Shown here piece after piece: positions 16,565-24,968 of a DNA stretch of 47,822 nucleotides. Location of the stretch: assembly GCA_041476405.1 (NCBI GenBank), contig JBGOTG010000001.1:1-47822 (forward strand), given 5' to 3'. This DNA is from Candidatus Dormibacteraceae bacterium. Its GTDB lineage: Bacteria; Chloroflexota; Dormibacteria; Dormibacterales; Dormibacteraceae. Numbering within the stretch: position 1 is the first letter of the stretch; every line of letters begins with the position of its first letter. The notes under the pieces were generated by a model. It saw only the letters and a program-made list of their open reading frames with translations. It had not been told where the DNA came from and did no database searches. The translations under genes were made by a program, and so were the position numbers.

Positions 16565-16978
16565 TTAGAGCACGCGCATCCGGTTGTTCTTGGGGTTGTG
16601 CTCGACCTCGGCGAGGCCAAGCGCCTCCATCAGCGGCGGAACGTACATCCCGAAGCGGCAGCGAAGGCCTTTTTTGAGCCCGTACCACCCCCCGACGGGG
16701 TTCTTCGGCGAACGACCCCACGCCTCGACGGTGCCCTCGGCGGCCGGCTTCTGCTCGTCGGCGCTCCCCAGAGGCATCCAGTCGCCGTGCTTCTTGAGCA
16801 TCGCGTGAAGGTCGTCCAGGCAGCGGAGGTCGTATCTGAGCTCAGTCTTCCCTACCGTGCAGACCAGGGCGGGTGGATTGAGTGACTCGTCCCTGTACAT
16901 CTGGTATTCGGACGACCCGCTCGGTGTCGTCAGATGCCAGGGGGATTGCTTGGTGCCGGAACCCTTCACTTTTGTCAT
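16565..16978 (-). CDS. conserved hypothetical protein (~137 aa)
   Basis: An internal ATG with a GAAGGAGA SD gives MTKVKGSGTKQSPWHLTTP...VGGWYGLKKGLRCRFGMYVPPLMEALGLAEV. I recall close homologues annotated only as hypothetical in high-GC Gram-positives. The listed longer ORF (to 17275) overlaps the divergent PiT gene. Confidence 0.6.
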   Translation of the reverse strand: MTKVKGSGTKQSPWHLTTPSGSSEYQMYRDESLNPPALVCTVGKTELRYDLRCLDDLHAMLKKHGDWMPLGSADEQKPAAEGTVEAWGRSPKNPVGGWYGLKKGLRCRFGMYVPPLMEALGLAEVEHNPKNNRMRVL

Positions 16979-17036
16979 CGCTCTCTCCTTCATATCGCCG
17001 CCGTCTCGCGCGATCATAGGAAATTGACGCGGAAGA

Positions 17037-18068
17037 GTGCGGCCGCCGAAGGGCGCGCCGGGTAGACTTCGGAGCTTGAATCTGGAGGCGATCGCACCAC
17101 TGATCGCCGCCTCGCTGTTCGGACTCGTCTCCGGCTTCAACGACGGCGGCAACCTGATGGCCTCATTCACATCAGGTCGCGTCATAACGCCGCGCGCTGC
17201 GGCGCTCCTCCTGCTCATCAGCGTTGCCGGGCCGCTGGTGCTCGGCACCGCTGTTGCGCAGACGGTCGGCACCAACGTGATCGACCTCAGAGCACAGGGC
17301 GAGCTGAGCTATGTCCTGATCACGCTATCCCCGCTGTGCGTGGTCCTGCTCTCGCTGTCGTTTGGGATTCCCACCAGCATGACCCTCGCGCTGGTGGGCG
17401 CGATGCTGGGCTGGGTGCTGGTGGGAGGCGGCCACAGCGCGGTTCACTGGGCGGGAGTGGCGCGAATCCTCGTCGGCATGCCGCTGTCGGTGCTGGGCGG
17501 GGGCGCGCTCGCGCTGATCGTCTACCGGACCATCCGCCGTTTCCTCGGTAACCGACCTCACGCGTCATTGCTCGGACTGGCAAGGTTCCAGTTCTTGACC
17601 GCGGCCTTTCAAGCTTTCGCTTATGGCGCCAACGACATGGAGAAGACGGTCGGCCTGATCGCTGTCGGAATGTCGTTTCCCAACCACGCGCAAGCCGTGG
17701 CTTTTTCGAGTGCGGCCCCTATCATTGGCGCATTCGTTTCCTTTTACCTCGGCGCAGTCATAGGAGGATCGCGGGTCGCTGGTCGCGTCGGACTCGGCGT
17801 CCTCAAAGTGCGCCCGATGCAGGCCCTCTCGCAGCAATTCGCGTCTGGAGGCGTGGTCGCCGTGCTCGCCGTGGCCGGGGCGCCGGTGAGCATGACTCAA
17901 ACAATTGATGGAGGGCTCGTCGGCGTCGGCGCCGCGCTGCGCGCCTCATCGGTTCGATGGGGCATCGTTCGCGAGATGCTCGGTAGCTGGTTGTTGACGC
18001 TGCCGCTGGCGCTCGCCGTTACCGCAGGGCTGCACCTGGCTGTGAGGATCACCGGGTTGGCGCCATGA
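17037..18068 (+). CDS. pit: inorganic phosphate transporter, PiT family
   Basis: Polytopic membrane protein with two PiT-type repeats (GFNDGGN and YGANDMEKTVG). The start codon is uncertain (GTG 17037 or TTG 17076). Confidence 0.7.
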   Translation: MRPPKGAPGRLRSLNLEAIAPLIAASLFGLVSGFNDGGNLMASFTSGRVITPRAAALLLLISVAGPLVLGTAVAQTVGTNVIDLRAQGELSYVLITLSPLCVVLLSLSFGIPTSMTLALVGAMLGWVLVGGGHSAVHWAGVARILVGMPLSVLGGGALALIVYRTIRRFLGNRPHASLLGLARFQFLTAAFQAFAYGANDMEKTVGLIAVGMSFPNHAQAVAFSSAAPIIGAFVSFYLGAVIGGSRVAGRVGLGVLKVRPMQALSQQFASGGVVAVLAVAGAPVSMTQTIDGGLVGVGAALRASSVRWGIVREMLGSWLLTLPLALAVTAGLHLAVRITGLAP

Positions 18069-18700
18069 GCTTCGGCCGCACGTTCAAGGCGCTGACGAGG
18101 TCCAACGATCGCAGGTTCGTCGAGCTGCTGAGCCAGCAGGCCGACCTCACGGTCAAGGCGCTGCAGGTCCTGGAGAAATTCGGGCGGGATGCAGACGGCA
18201 ACGGCCACCTGGTCGATCAGCTGAAGGAGATCGAACGGGAGGGAGACGCCGCGCGGCGTGTCCTGATCGACGAGCTGCTGCGCACGTATGCGACTCCGTT
18301 CGACCGCGAGGATCTCTTCGCCCTCTCGCGCGCCATCGATGACATCCTCGACGCCGCGAACGAGACCGCAGTCGAGCTGGCTATGTACAGGATTGGGCCG
18401 CCCGAGGGCCTGAAAGAGATCGTGAAGGTGCTCATCGAAGGAGCTCGCCACATCAGCGCCGCCGTGGGCGAGCTGCTGGCCCACCCTGGAGTCGCCGCCG
18501 AGCACGCGGTGCGGGCCAAGCGGTCCGAGAACAGGATCGACAGCCTCTATCACCAGGCGGTCGGAAAGCTCTTCGACAGCGAGACGGAGATGAGCAAGAT
18601 CCTCAAGTCGAGGGAGATCTACCGCCACCTCAAGAACTCGGCCGACCGCATCGACAGGGCCGCCGACGAGATCTCGGTAATCGTCATCAAGCGCAGCTAG
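18065..18700 (+). CDS. DUF47-family (PhoU-like) phosphate transport accessory protein
   Basis: Overlaps the pit stop as ATGA. The 211-aa helical protein has motifs such as EREGDAARRVLIDEL and IYRHLKNSADRIDRAADEI, typical of the Pit-associated DUF47 family. Confidence 0.75.
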   Translation: MSFGRTFKALTRSNDRRFVELLSQQADLTVKALQVLEKFGRDADGNGHLVDQLKEIEREGDAARRVLIDELLRTYATPFDREDLFALSRAIDDILDAANETAVELAMYRIGPPEGLKEIVKVLIEGARHISAAVGELLAHPGVAAEHAVRAKRSENRIDSLYHQAVGKLFDSETEMSKILKSREIYRHLKNSADRIDRAADEISVIVIKRS

Positions 18701-18747
18701 CCGAGGCGACGGAACAAACGTCCGGCGCGAGCCGGTTTTGTGAGTGA

Positions 18748-19728
18748 ATGAAGAAGCTCGACGGCATCCACCACATCTCGTCGATCACCGCTGACGCGCC
18801 GGGCAACGTCGCCTTCTACGCCGGCGTGATGGGTCTTCGGCTGGTCAAGAAGACCGTGAACCAGGACGACCCGACCGTCTACCACCTCTTCTACGCAGAC
18901 GAGAACGCGAGCGCAGGGGCCGATATGACGTTCTTCGAGTACCCCGGAGTCGCTCGAGGCCGGGCAGGCGCGGGGATGATCCACCGCATCGCGTTTCGGG
19001 TCCAATCCACCGACGCGCTTGATTTCTGGCAGGGCCGCCTTGCGGGTGCCGGCATCGAGGCGGAGCGCTCAGACGATCGCCTCCTCTTCGCCGACCCCGA
19101 GGGCTTGGGACTGGAGCTGATGGTCGCCGGCGTCGCGGACGCGCCGCTGATCGCCGAGCATCCCGAGATCCCGTCCGAAGTCGCCCTCCAGGGATTCGCC
19201 GGCGTGCGCGCGTACTCTATGGCGCCTGAACGCAGCCGCCTACTTCTCGAAGACGTGCTGGGCTTCAGTGGCACCGGCCCCGGTCAATTCGAGTCGCGAG
19301 GTGAGCGGCGAGGTTCCTTCTACATATACGACCCCGCTCCCGAGAGTCGTGGCATGAGCGGCGCGGGTACAGTCCATCACGTTGCGTGGTCGTCGACCCT
19401 CGAGGACCATGCCGCGTGGCGAGAGAAGGTTGCCGCAGCGGGAGCCCGGCCGACGCCGATCATCGACCGCTACTACTTCCGGTCGATCTACTTCCGCGAG
19501 CCGAGCGGCGTGCTGTTCGAGATCGCGACACTCGGCCCCGGCTTCACGAGCGACGAACCGCTCGAGCACCTGGGCGAGCGCATCTCGCTGCCGCCGAACT
19601 TCGAGCACCTCCGCGAGGAGGTCGAGCGAACGCTGACGCCGCTGCCCAACCCTCGCGCGGCAGTTCGTGCCCCGACCGGCGCCTCATCGAAAGACTCGTC
19701 GAAGTCTTCGAGCCCGCGTCGAGACTGA
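18748..19728 (+). CDS. ring-cleaving dioxygenase, VOC/glyoxalase superfamily (MhqO/YfiE-like)
   Basis: The N-terminus GIHHISSITADAPGNVAFYAGVMGLRLVKKTVNQDDPTVYHLFYAD is characteristic of this family. The second VOC repeat has VHHVAW. Confidence 0.75.
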   Translation: MKKLDGIHHISSITADAPGNVAFYAGVMGLRLVKKTVNQDDPTVYHLFYADENASAGADMTFFEYPGVARGRAGAGMIHRIAFRVQSTDALDFWQGRLAGAGIEAERSDDRLLFADPEGLGLELMVAGVADAPLIAEHPEIPSEVALQGFAGVRAYSMAPERSRLLLEDVLGFSGTGPGQFESRGERRGSFYIYDPAPESRGMSGAGTVHHVAWSSTLEDHAAWREKVAAAGARPTPIIDRYYFRSIYFREPSGVLFEIATLGPGFTSDEPLEHLGERISLPPNFEHLREEVERTLTPLPNPRAAVRAPTGASSKDSSKSSSPRRD

Positions 19729-19762
19729 CCTCGAAACCGTCGCGGCACCAACCTGGTGATCG

Positions 19763-20470
19763 ATGGCCAGGCTGCTGAGCTTCGAGCACCTCGTAACCCT
19801 CGGCGTGATCGCCGCCTGCATCGCGGCGCTGGTGACGGCCGCCCGGCTGCGTCCAGGCGGATGGACTGTGCACGCCTGCCGGGCGCTCGCTCTGCTCATC
19901 GTCGCCAACGAGTGCGGGTGGTGGGTGTGGCTCGCGTTCCAGCACACGTGGTCCGCCAGCTACGCGCTCCCCCTCCAGCTATGCGACGTGGTCGCTTTCA
20001 CGTCTGCGGCGGCGCTGTGGTTCCGCCACCCGCTGCTCGTCGAGCTCGCCTACTTCTGGGGCCTTGCGGGCACCGCGAACGGCCTGGTCAGCCCGGACCT
20101 GATTGACCACTTTCCGAGCTATCTCTTCCTTCAATACTTCATAGCCCACGGCGCCATCGTCGCCGCCGCCCTGCTGCTGGTCGTCGGCCTGCGGATCGCG
20201 CCTCGCCCCGGTGCCGTCGCGCGCGCCATCGCGCTGACACTGGTGCTGGCGGTGGTCGACGCGGCCGTCGACCTCGTGACCGGCGGCAACTACATGTACC
20301 TGAGGCAGACGCCCGGCGTGGCCAGCCTGCTCGGCCTGATGGGCCCATGGCCCTGGTACATCGTCGCGGCAGCAGTCCTGGCGGTGGCCATCTTCGTGGC
20401 GCTGGACCTCCCGTTCGTGATCTCTCGCCACCGGACGAGCACGGCGCCACCAGGCACGGTCCACCGCTAG
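19763..20470 (+). CDS. integral membrane protein (TIGR02206/YwaF-like)
   Basis: 235 aa and polytopic. The segment LPLQLCDVVAFTSAAAL...YFWGLAGTANGLVSPDL resembles the YwaF/TMEM164-type family. Confidence 0.55.
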   Translation: MARLLSFEHLVTLGVIAACIAALVTAARLRPGGWTVHACRALALLIVANECGWWVWLAFQHTWSASYALPLQLCDVVAFTSAAALWFRHPLLVELAYFWGLAGTANGLVSPDLIDHFPSYLFLQYFIAHGAIVAAALLLVVGLRIAPRPGAVARAIALTLVLAVVDAAVDLVTGGNYMYLRQTPGVASLLGLMGPWPWYIVAAAVLAVAIFVALDLPFVISRHRTSTAPPGTVHR

Positions 20471-20481
20471 AGTTTCTCGCC

Positions 20482-21594
20482 ATGCTCCCATGGACCGAGG
20501 CTGCGCTCGGGATCGTCATCCTCGCTGTGACCTTTTACGACGTCTTCCAATCGGTGGTCTTGCCGAGACCGTCGGTGGGCAAGCTCCGGATAGCCCCCTG
20601 GGTCTTGCGGCCGCTGTGGGCGCTGTGGCGGTGGCTGGGGATGCGCGACTCTCGCATGGATCGGCGCGAGAACTGGTTCGGGGCGTTCGGTCCGGTCGGC
20701 CTGCTGGTGCTGCTCGCGATCTGGGGCCTCTCCAGCATCCTGGGCTATGCCCTGATCCTCGATGCGATCTCCGACCAGATACAGCCGCGACTCGCCGACT
20801 TCTGGACGTCCCTCTACTTCTCGGCGTCGACCCTGCTCCCTCTGAGCTACGGGGAGATCCTGCCCATCGGCTTCCTGGCGCGAGTGGTGATAGTGGCCGA
20901 GAGCGCGACGGGGGTGGGCCTGATCGCGCTCGTGATCAGCCTGCTCTTCTCGCTCTACGGATCGTTCCAGCGCCGGGAGGAGCTCGTCGTGACGCTCGAC
21001 GCGCTGGCGGGCGCGCCGCCCGCGGGCCTGCAGATCCTCGAGACGGTCGCAAAGCAGCGGATGCCCGACGAGCTACGCGCCACCTTCGACGACTGGAGGC
21101 GATGGTCGGCGGCGGTGCTCGAAAGCCATCTCGCATACCCGATCCTGGTCTACTTCCGTTCGAGCCACGACAACGAAGCCTGGTTGAACTCCTTCGGCGC
21201 GGTGATGGATGCGGCCACTCTGGTGTTGAGCACGATCGTCAGCGAGGACGCCACCCAGGGGCACGCCCGCCTGATGTTCAAGGTCGGCAACCATCTGGTC
21301 GAGGACCTGGCCTGGTACTTCCGATTCAAGAACGCCGGTGTGCCGATCGTCGAGCGGCAGGAGTTCGACGATGCGCGCGAGCGCCTCATCCAAGCCGGGT
21401 ATCAGTGCCGCGAAGGCGACCTGGCTTGGTCTGAATTCGTTGCCCTTCGCTCCATGTACGCGTCGCCTGTCAACCAGCTGGCCTCCCGCCTGGCGATCCA
21501 GCCGGCCACGTGGATCGGCGACCGCACATACCTTCCGCATGCGCAGCGAGATCCAGCCCGATCTCGCGTTCGGAAGCGGGCGGTCAAGCCATGA
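20482..21594 (+). CDS. potassium-channel-like (two-TM pore) protein with a non-canonical filter and an uncharacterised C-terminal domain
   Basis: An internal ATG at 20482 sits 11 nt after the previous stop. The pore helix plus filter-like segment is YFSASTLLPLSYGEILP (SYGE at nt 20845-20856), flanked by TM helices. About 220 unassigned soluble residues follow. Confidence 0.55.
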   Translation: MLPWTEAALGIVILAVTFYDVFQSVVLPRPSVGKLRIAPWVLRPLWALWRWLGMRDSRMDRRENWFGAFGPVGLLVLLAIWGLSSILGYALILDAISDQIQPRLADFWTSLYFSASTLLPLSYGEILPIGFLARVVIVAESATGVGLIALVISLLFSLYGSFQRREELVVTLDALAGAPPAGLQILETVAKQRMPDELRATFDDWRRWSAAVLESHLAYPILVYFRSSHDNEAWLNSFGAVMDAATLVLSTIVSEDATQGHARLMFKVGNHLVEDLAWYFRFKNAGVPIVERQEFDDARERLIQAGYQCREGDLAWSEFVALRSMYASPVNQLASRLAIQPATWIGDRTYLPHAQRDPARSRVRKRAVKP

Positions 21595-21601
21595 GGTTCA
21601 G

Positions 21602-23254
21602 CTACCATTCACCCGCCTTGCGCATCGCGGCCGTCCTGGCGTCGGGGTCGTACACGATCCTGTAGAAAGGCTCGGCCCACAGCCTGGTCGTGCGCGGCGG
21701 CCTGACGCGCTGGTGCGGCCTCACACGCCCCGGGGGACGCTCACCGCTCGCGCCGCCCACATGCCAGCGATCCAGCGCGGCGGCAGTCGCTTTGAACGTT
21801 GCCATCGCCTCGGTCGGATCGAGAAGGCCCTGGTCGTCGCCCTCTGCACGTCCGAGGTGCTCGCGCCACAGCCTCAGCCGCAGGTCGCGCGCGTATGTGC
21901 GGGCGCCATCACCAAGTCCGGCCGGGTCCGCCGGCTCCCTGGCATCCCGCGCGTCGTCGACCACGGCGCACGAGATCTCCGAGTCATGGCTCCAGGACCT
22001 CCGGTTGAAGTTGTCGGACCCAACCGAGGTCCAGACATCGTCGATCACGCAGATCTTGGCGTGGACGTACACCGGTATGCCTAAGGCGTTCTCGATGTCG
22101 AAGATCGCGACCCGATCCCCGCCGGCGTCGACCAGGGCTTCCACCGCCTGCTCACGGCCGACCTGGTTCGGCGGAAGGGTCAGCCTGCCGGCCTGGTCGA
22201 AGTATCTCGGGACGACTGCTATGAGAAGCAGCTCGCGGTTGCTGAGAAGCGCCTCCACGAACGGCCTCATCACATCCCGCGACCAGAGGAACTGGTCTTC
22301 GATGTAGATGAGCCTGCGCGCGCGCCGGAGCGCCTTCCGATAGCCGCGAGCGATGCTTCGCTCGCCGTCGGGTGCGAACGGGTAGCCGCTCTGACGCCTG
22401 CCGTACGTGCGGAGCACCTGGACCGAGCAGGTGCCTGCGACCGGCGGGTCAGGCGCCATCGGGGGCAGCGTGCTCGCCCGGCGATCCGTGTGGCGCAGGA
22501 GGTCATGCAGTATCCCGAGCGGATCGCGGCTCAGCGGGGTTGGGTCCGACCATCTCTCGCGGAAGGTGAAATCGAGGTCTCCGACAGCAGGGCCTTCGAC
22601 GGCAACCTGGACGTCGTGCCAGGGGGGTGTCGCCCCGTACAGCGGCGACATCGGCTGGCGCTGAGGGTCGCCGAAATGGTAGGCGTCGTCATTCCTGCTG
22701 TGGCAGAGGTCGATACCGCCGACAAATGCAAGGTCCCCGGTCGGCCCGACTCCGTGGCGGATGACCACGAGCTTCTGGTGGTGGGAGCCGCCAAGGCGCA
22801 CGCGCTGGTCGAGGAGGACCTCGCCTCCCGCCCTGTTCACGACCACGCCAAGGTGGCGGTTCTCCTTGGCGCTGAACCCAAGTCGGTCGGCGTGCGAGCG
22901 CCAGAGCAGCCCCTTCACGCTCACACCACGACGCGCGGCACCGGCCAGGACAGCCCCGATCTCGGTCTCGGGACCCTCCCCAAGGCGTTGGTCGGGGTCG
23001 CCGCGCCAGTCGGTGAAGAACAGCTTGTCGCCAGCACCCAGCTCGGAGACGGCCTCCAACAGGCGGCGAAAGTAGGAAACACCGTGTACCAGGGTCTCGA
23101 TCTTGTTGCCGGTGGTCCAGGCTGCCCCGTCCGGATGCCGCCTGTCGAGCGCCGTGAATTCATTGCCCCGTTCACAGCCAGAGAGAAACCAGTCCTCGAG
23201 CGTGCCCGCCAGGTGCTCGTCGTGCCGCATCGGACTCAGATTAAAGACCGGCAC
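21602..23254 (-). CDS. phospholipase D / cardiolipin-synthase-like protein with two HKD motifs
   Basis: HKD motif 1 is HHQKLVVI...GGIDL. HKD motif 2 is VHAKICVIDDVWTSVGSDNFNRRS. The start is GTG 23254, or possibly ATG 23230. Confidence 0.8.
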   Translation of the reverse strand: MPVFNLSPMRHDEHLAGTLEDWFLSGCERGNEFTALDRRHPDGAAWTTGNKIETLVHGVSYFRRLLEAVSELGAGDKLFFTDWRGDPDQRLGEGPETEIGAVLAGAARRGVSVKGLLWRSHADRLGFSAKENRHLGVVVNRAGGEVLLDQRVRLGGSHHQKLVVIRHGVGPTGDLAFVGGIDLCHSRNDDAYHFGDPQRQPMSPLYGATPPWHDVQVAVEGPAVGDLDFTFRERWSDPTPLSRDPLGILHDLLRHTDRRASTLPPMAPDPPVAGTCSVQVLRTYGRRQSGYPFAPDGERSIARGYRKALRRARRLIYIEDQFLWSRDVMRPFVEALLSNRELLLIAVVPRYFDQAGRLTLPPNQVGREQAVEALVDAGGDRVAIFDIENALGIPVYVHAKICVIDDVWTSVGSDNFNRRSWSHDSEISCAVVDDARDAREPADPAGLGDGARTYARDLRLRLWREHLGRAEGDDQGLLDPTEAMATFKATAAALDRWHVGGASGERPPGRVRPHQRVRPPRTTRLWAEPFYRIVYDPDARTAAMRKAGEW

Positions 23255-23399
23255 CCTGTCGGGCGGAAACTGGCCTCCACGAGTGTTATGGCTATTGTTT
23301 CTGGCCCGGGCCCATGATCGGACAGCCAGGACCTCGGTGAGAAGGTCCGCTCAGACCTGGTCATCCGGTTCGCATCGGCCAGCTCCAGGAGGTCAAAAA

Positions 23400-23441
23400 G
23401 TGCGCGTCGACATCAATTTCGATATGAAGCGGGCGGCCTGA
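23400..23441 (+). promoter_or_regulatory. 13-codon upstream ORF with a strong SD, ending 1 nt before the DUF1206 start
   Basis: AGGAGG at 23387-23392 is followed by a 7-nt spacer and GTG 23400. The ORF encodes VRVDINFDMKRAA and ends at TGA 23439-23441. One nt later comes ATG 23443. Confidence 0.3.
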
Positions 23442-23442
23442 C

Positions 23443-24288
23443 ATGGCGGCTGTTCAACACGGCGCCGGCAATGTCAAGCAGGCGGCGGAGAACCCCCAGC
23501 TCGAGCTGCTCGAGCGCCTCGGCTATGTGGTCCGCGGCACCCTGTATGCGGTGATGGGCTTTCTTGCGCTGCGGATAGCGCTCGCGACGCCCGGCGGCAA
23601 GGCCACCGACCTTTCCGGCAGCCTCGTGTGGCTCATCGGCAACCCATTTGGAAAGCTGGTCCTGATCGTCACGATCATCGGCCTTCTGGCCTATTCGGTC
23701 TGGGGCTTCGTGCGCGCGATCTACGATCCGCTGCACCGCGGCCGAGACGTCAAAGGCATCGCGGCGAGAGTCGGCTTTGTCACGAGCGCCCTCTCCTATC
23801 TGGCGATCGTCTTCTTCGCCCTGCAGATCCTTGCGGGGCAAGGCGCCACTTCCGGAGACAGCACCCAGAAGACGATCAGCTCCATCCTGACCAATCCCGC
23901 GGGCGGCTTCATCACCATAGTGATCGGCGTCATCGCCATCGGGATCGGGATCGGGCAATTCATCGAGGCCTACCGTGCCACCTTTGCGAAGGACCTGAAG
24001 GCCGGCGAGATGAGCCAGTCCGAGAGAAGTATCGCGATCGGTCTGGGCCGTTTCGGGATGGCAGCTCGGGGCGTCACCTTCGTCGTCATCGGTTGGTTCC
24101 TCATCCAGGCCGGCCTCCACCACGCCCCCGCCCAGACCAAGGGCTTCAGCGGGGCCTTCCTGTTCCTCCTGGCCCAGCCCTACGGGCGCTGGCTGCTGGG
24201 CATCGTTGCGCTCGGATTCATCGCGCTTGGCCTCCACTCGTACGCATGCGCGCGGTGGGTCCGGCTGATGGGCAGCAACTCGGGTTGA
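23443..24288 (+). CDS. DUF1206 family membrane protein
   Basis: Three repeats of the DUF1206 pattern are visible: RLGYVVRGTLYAVMGFLALRIAL, RVGFVTSALSYLAIVFFALQIL and RFGMAARGVTFVVIGWFLIQAGL. Confidence 0.7.
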   Translation: MAAVQHGAGNVKQAAENPQLELLERLGYVVRGTLYAVMGFLALRIALATPGGKATDLSGSLVWLIGNPFGKLVLIVTIIGLLAYSVWGFVRAIYDPLHRGRDVKGIAARVGFVTSALSYLAIVFFALQILAGQGATSGDSTQKTISSILTNPAGGFITIVIGVIAIGIGIGQFIEAYRATFAKDLKAGEMSQSERSIAIGLGRFGMAARGVTFVVIGWFLIQAGLHHAPAQTKGFSGAFLFLLAQPYGRWLLGIVALGFIALGLHSYACARWVRLMGSNSG

Positions 24289-24965
24289 GCGCAATCGTCG
24301 CCTCCATCACTGCGCACAAGGAGAAGACCTCGCCGTTTCGAGTGCGATTCCTGGTGCTTGGCGTGGTGCTGCTCGCGATCTTCGGTGGCCTCACCCTCTA
24401 TGCGGCCGGTAACAAGTACATGCCGTTCGACGTTTCCATAGAGCGGTCGATCCAGGCCGTCAACTGGGGGCCGGTCGTCACAATCTTCAACTGGTTCGAC
24501 TGGCTGGAAGGCTCCCGCCAGCTGTACGCCGCCATCGGCGCCATCGTCCTGGTGGCCGTGATCAACTGGAAGAAGGCGCCGCTGATCGCTGTCGCGGCCG
24601 GTGCTGGACCGATCTACTCGATCATCCAGGGGATCATCCAGCGTCCGCGCCCGCCGGCGGACCTGGTCCACGTGATCCGGCATACGGGAAGCTTCAGCTT
24701 TCCGAGCGGCCATGTCGTCTTTTTCAGCTGGGTCCTGGTGATGCTCGTGGTCTGCCTCGCAGTGGGCCGCCTCCCCCGCCCGCTGCTTGCAGTGGCCTGG
24801 ATCGCAGCGGCCCTCGTCTTGCTACTGGATTGCATCGGGCGCATCTACCTCGGGGAGCACTGGCCCAGCGACGTCCTGGCCGGCCTGGCGCTTGGGCTGG
24901 GCTGGACCTCGATCGTGCTATCGGTGCGGCTCCTGTCCAACCCGGCGCTGGAGCAGCGCAAGTAA
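24285..24965 (+). CDS. PAP2-family lipid phosphate phosphatase (paralogue 1)
   Basis: PAP2 motifs are present: IQRPRPP, PSGH and GRIYLGEHWPSD. The proposed TTG start at 24285 overlaps the DUF1206 stop, and the start is uncertain. The listed 23628 start runs through the DUF1206 gene in another frame. Confidence 0.7.
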   Translation: MSAIVASITAHKEKTSPFRVRFLVLGVVLLAIFGGLTLYAAGNKYMPFDVSIERSIQAVNWGPVVTIFNWFDWLEGSRQLYAAIGAIVLVAVINWKKAPLIAVAAGAGPIYSIIQGIIQRPRPPADLVHVIRHTGSFSFPSGHVVFFSWVLVMLVVCLAVGRLPRPLLAVAWIAAALVLLLDCIGRIYLGEHWPSDVLAGLALGLGWTSIVLSVRLLSNPALEQRK

Positions 24966-24968
24966 GCA

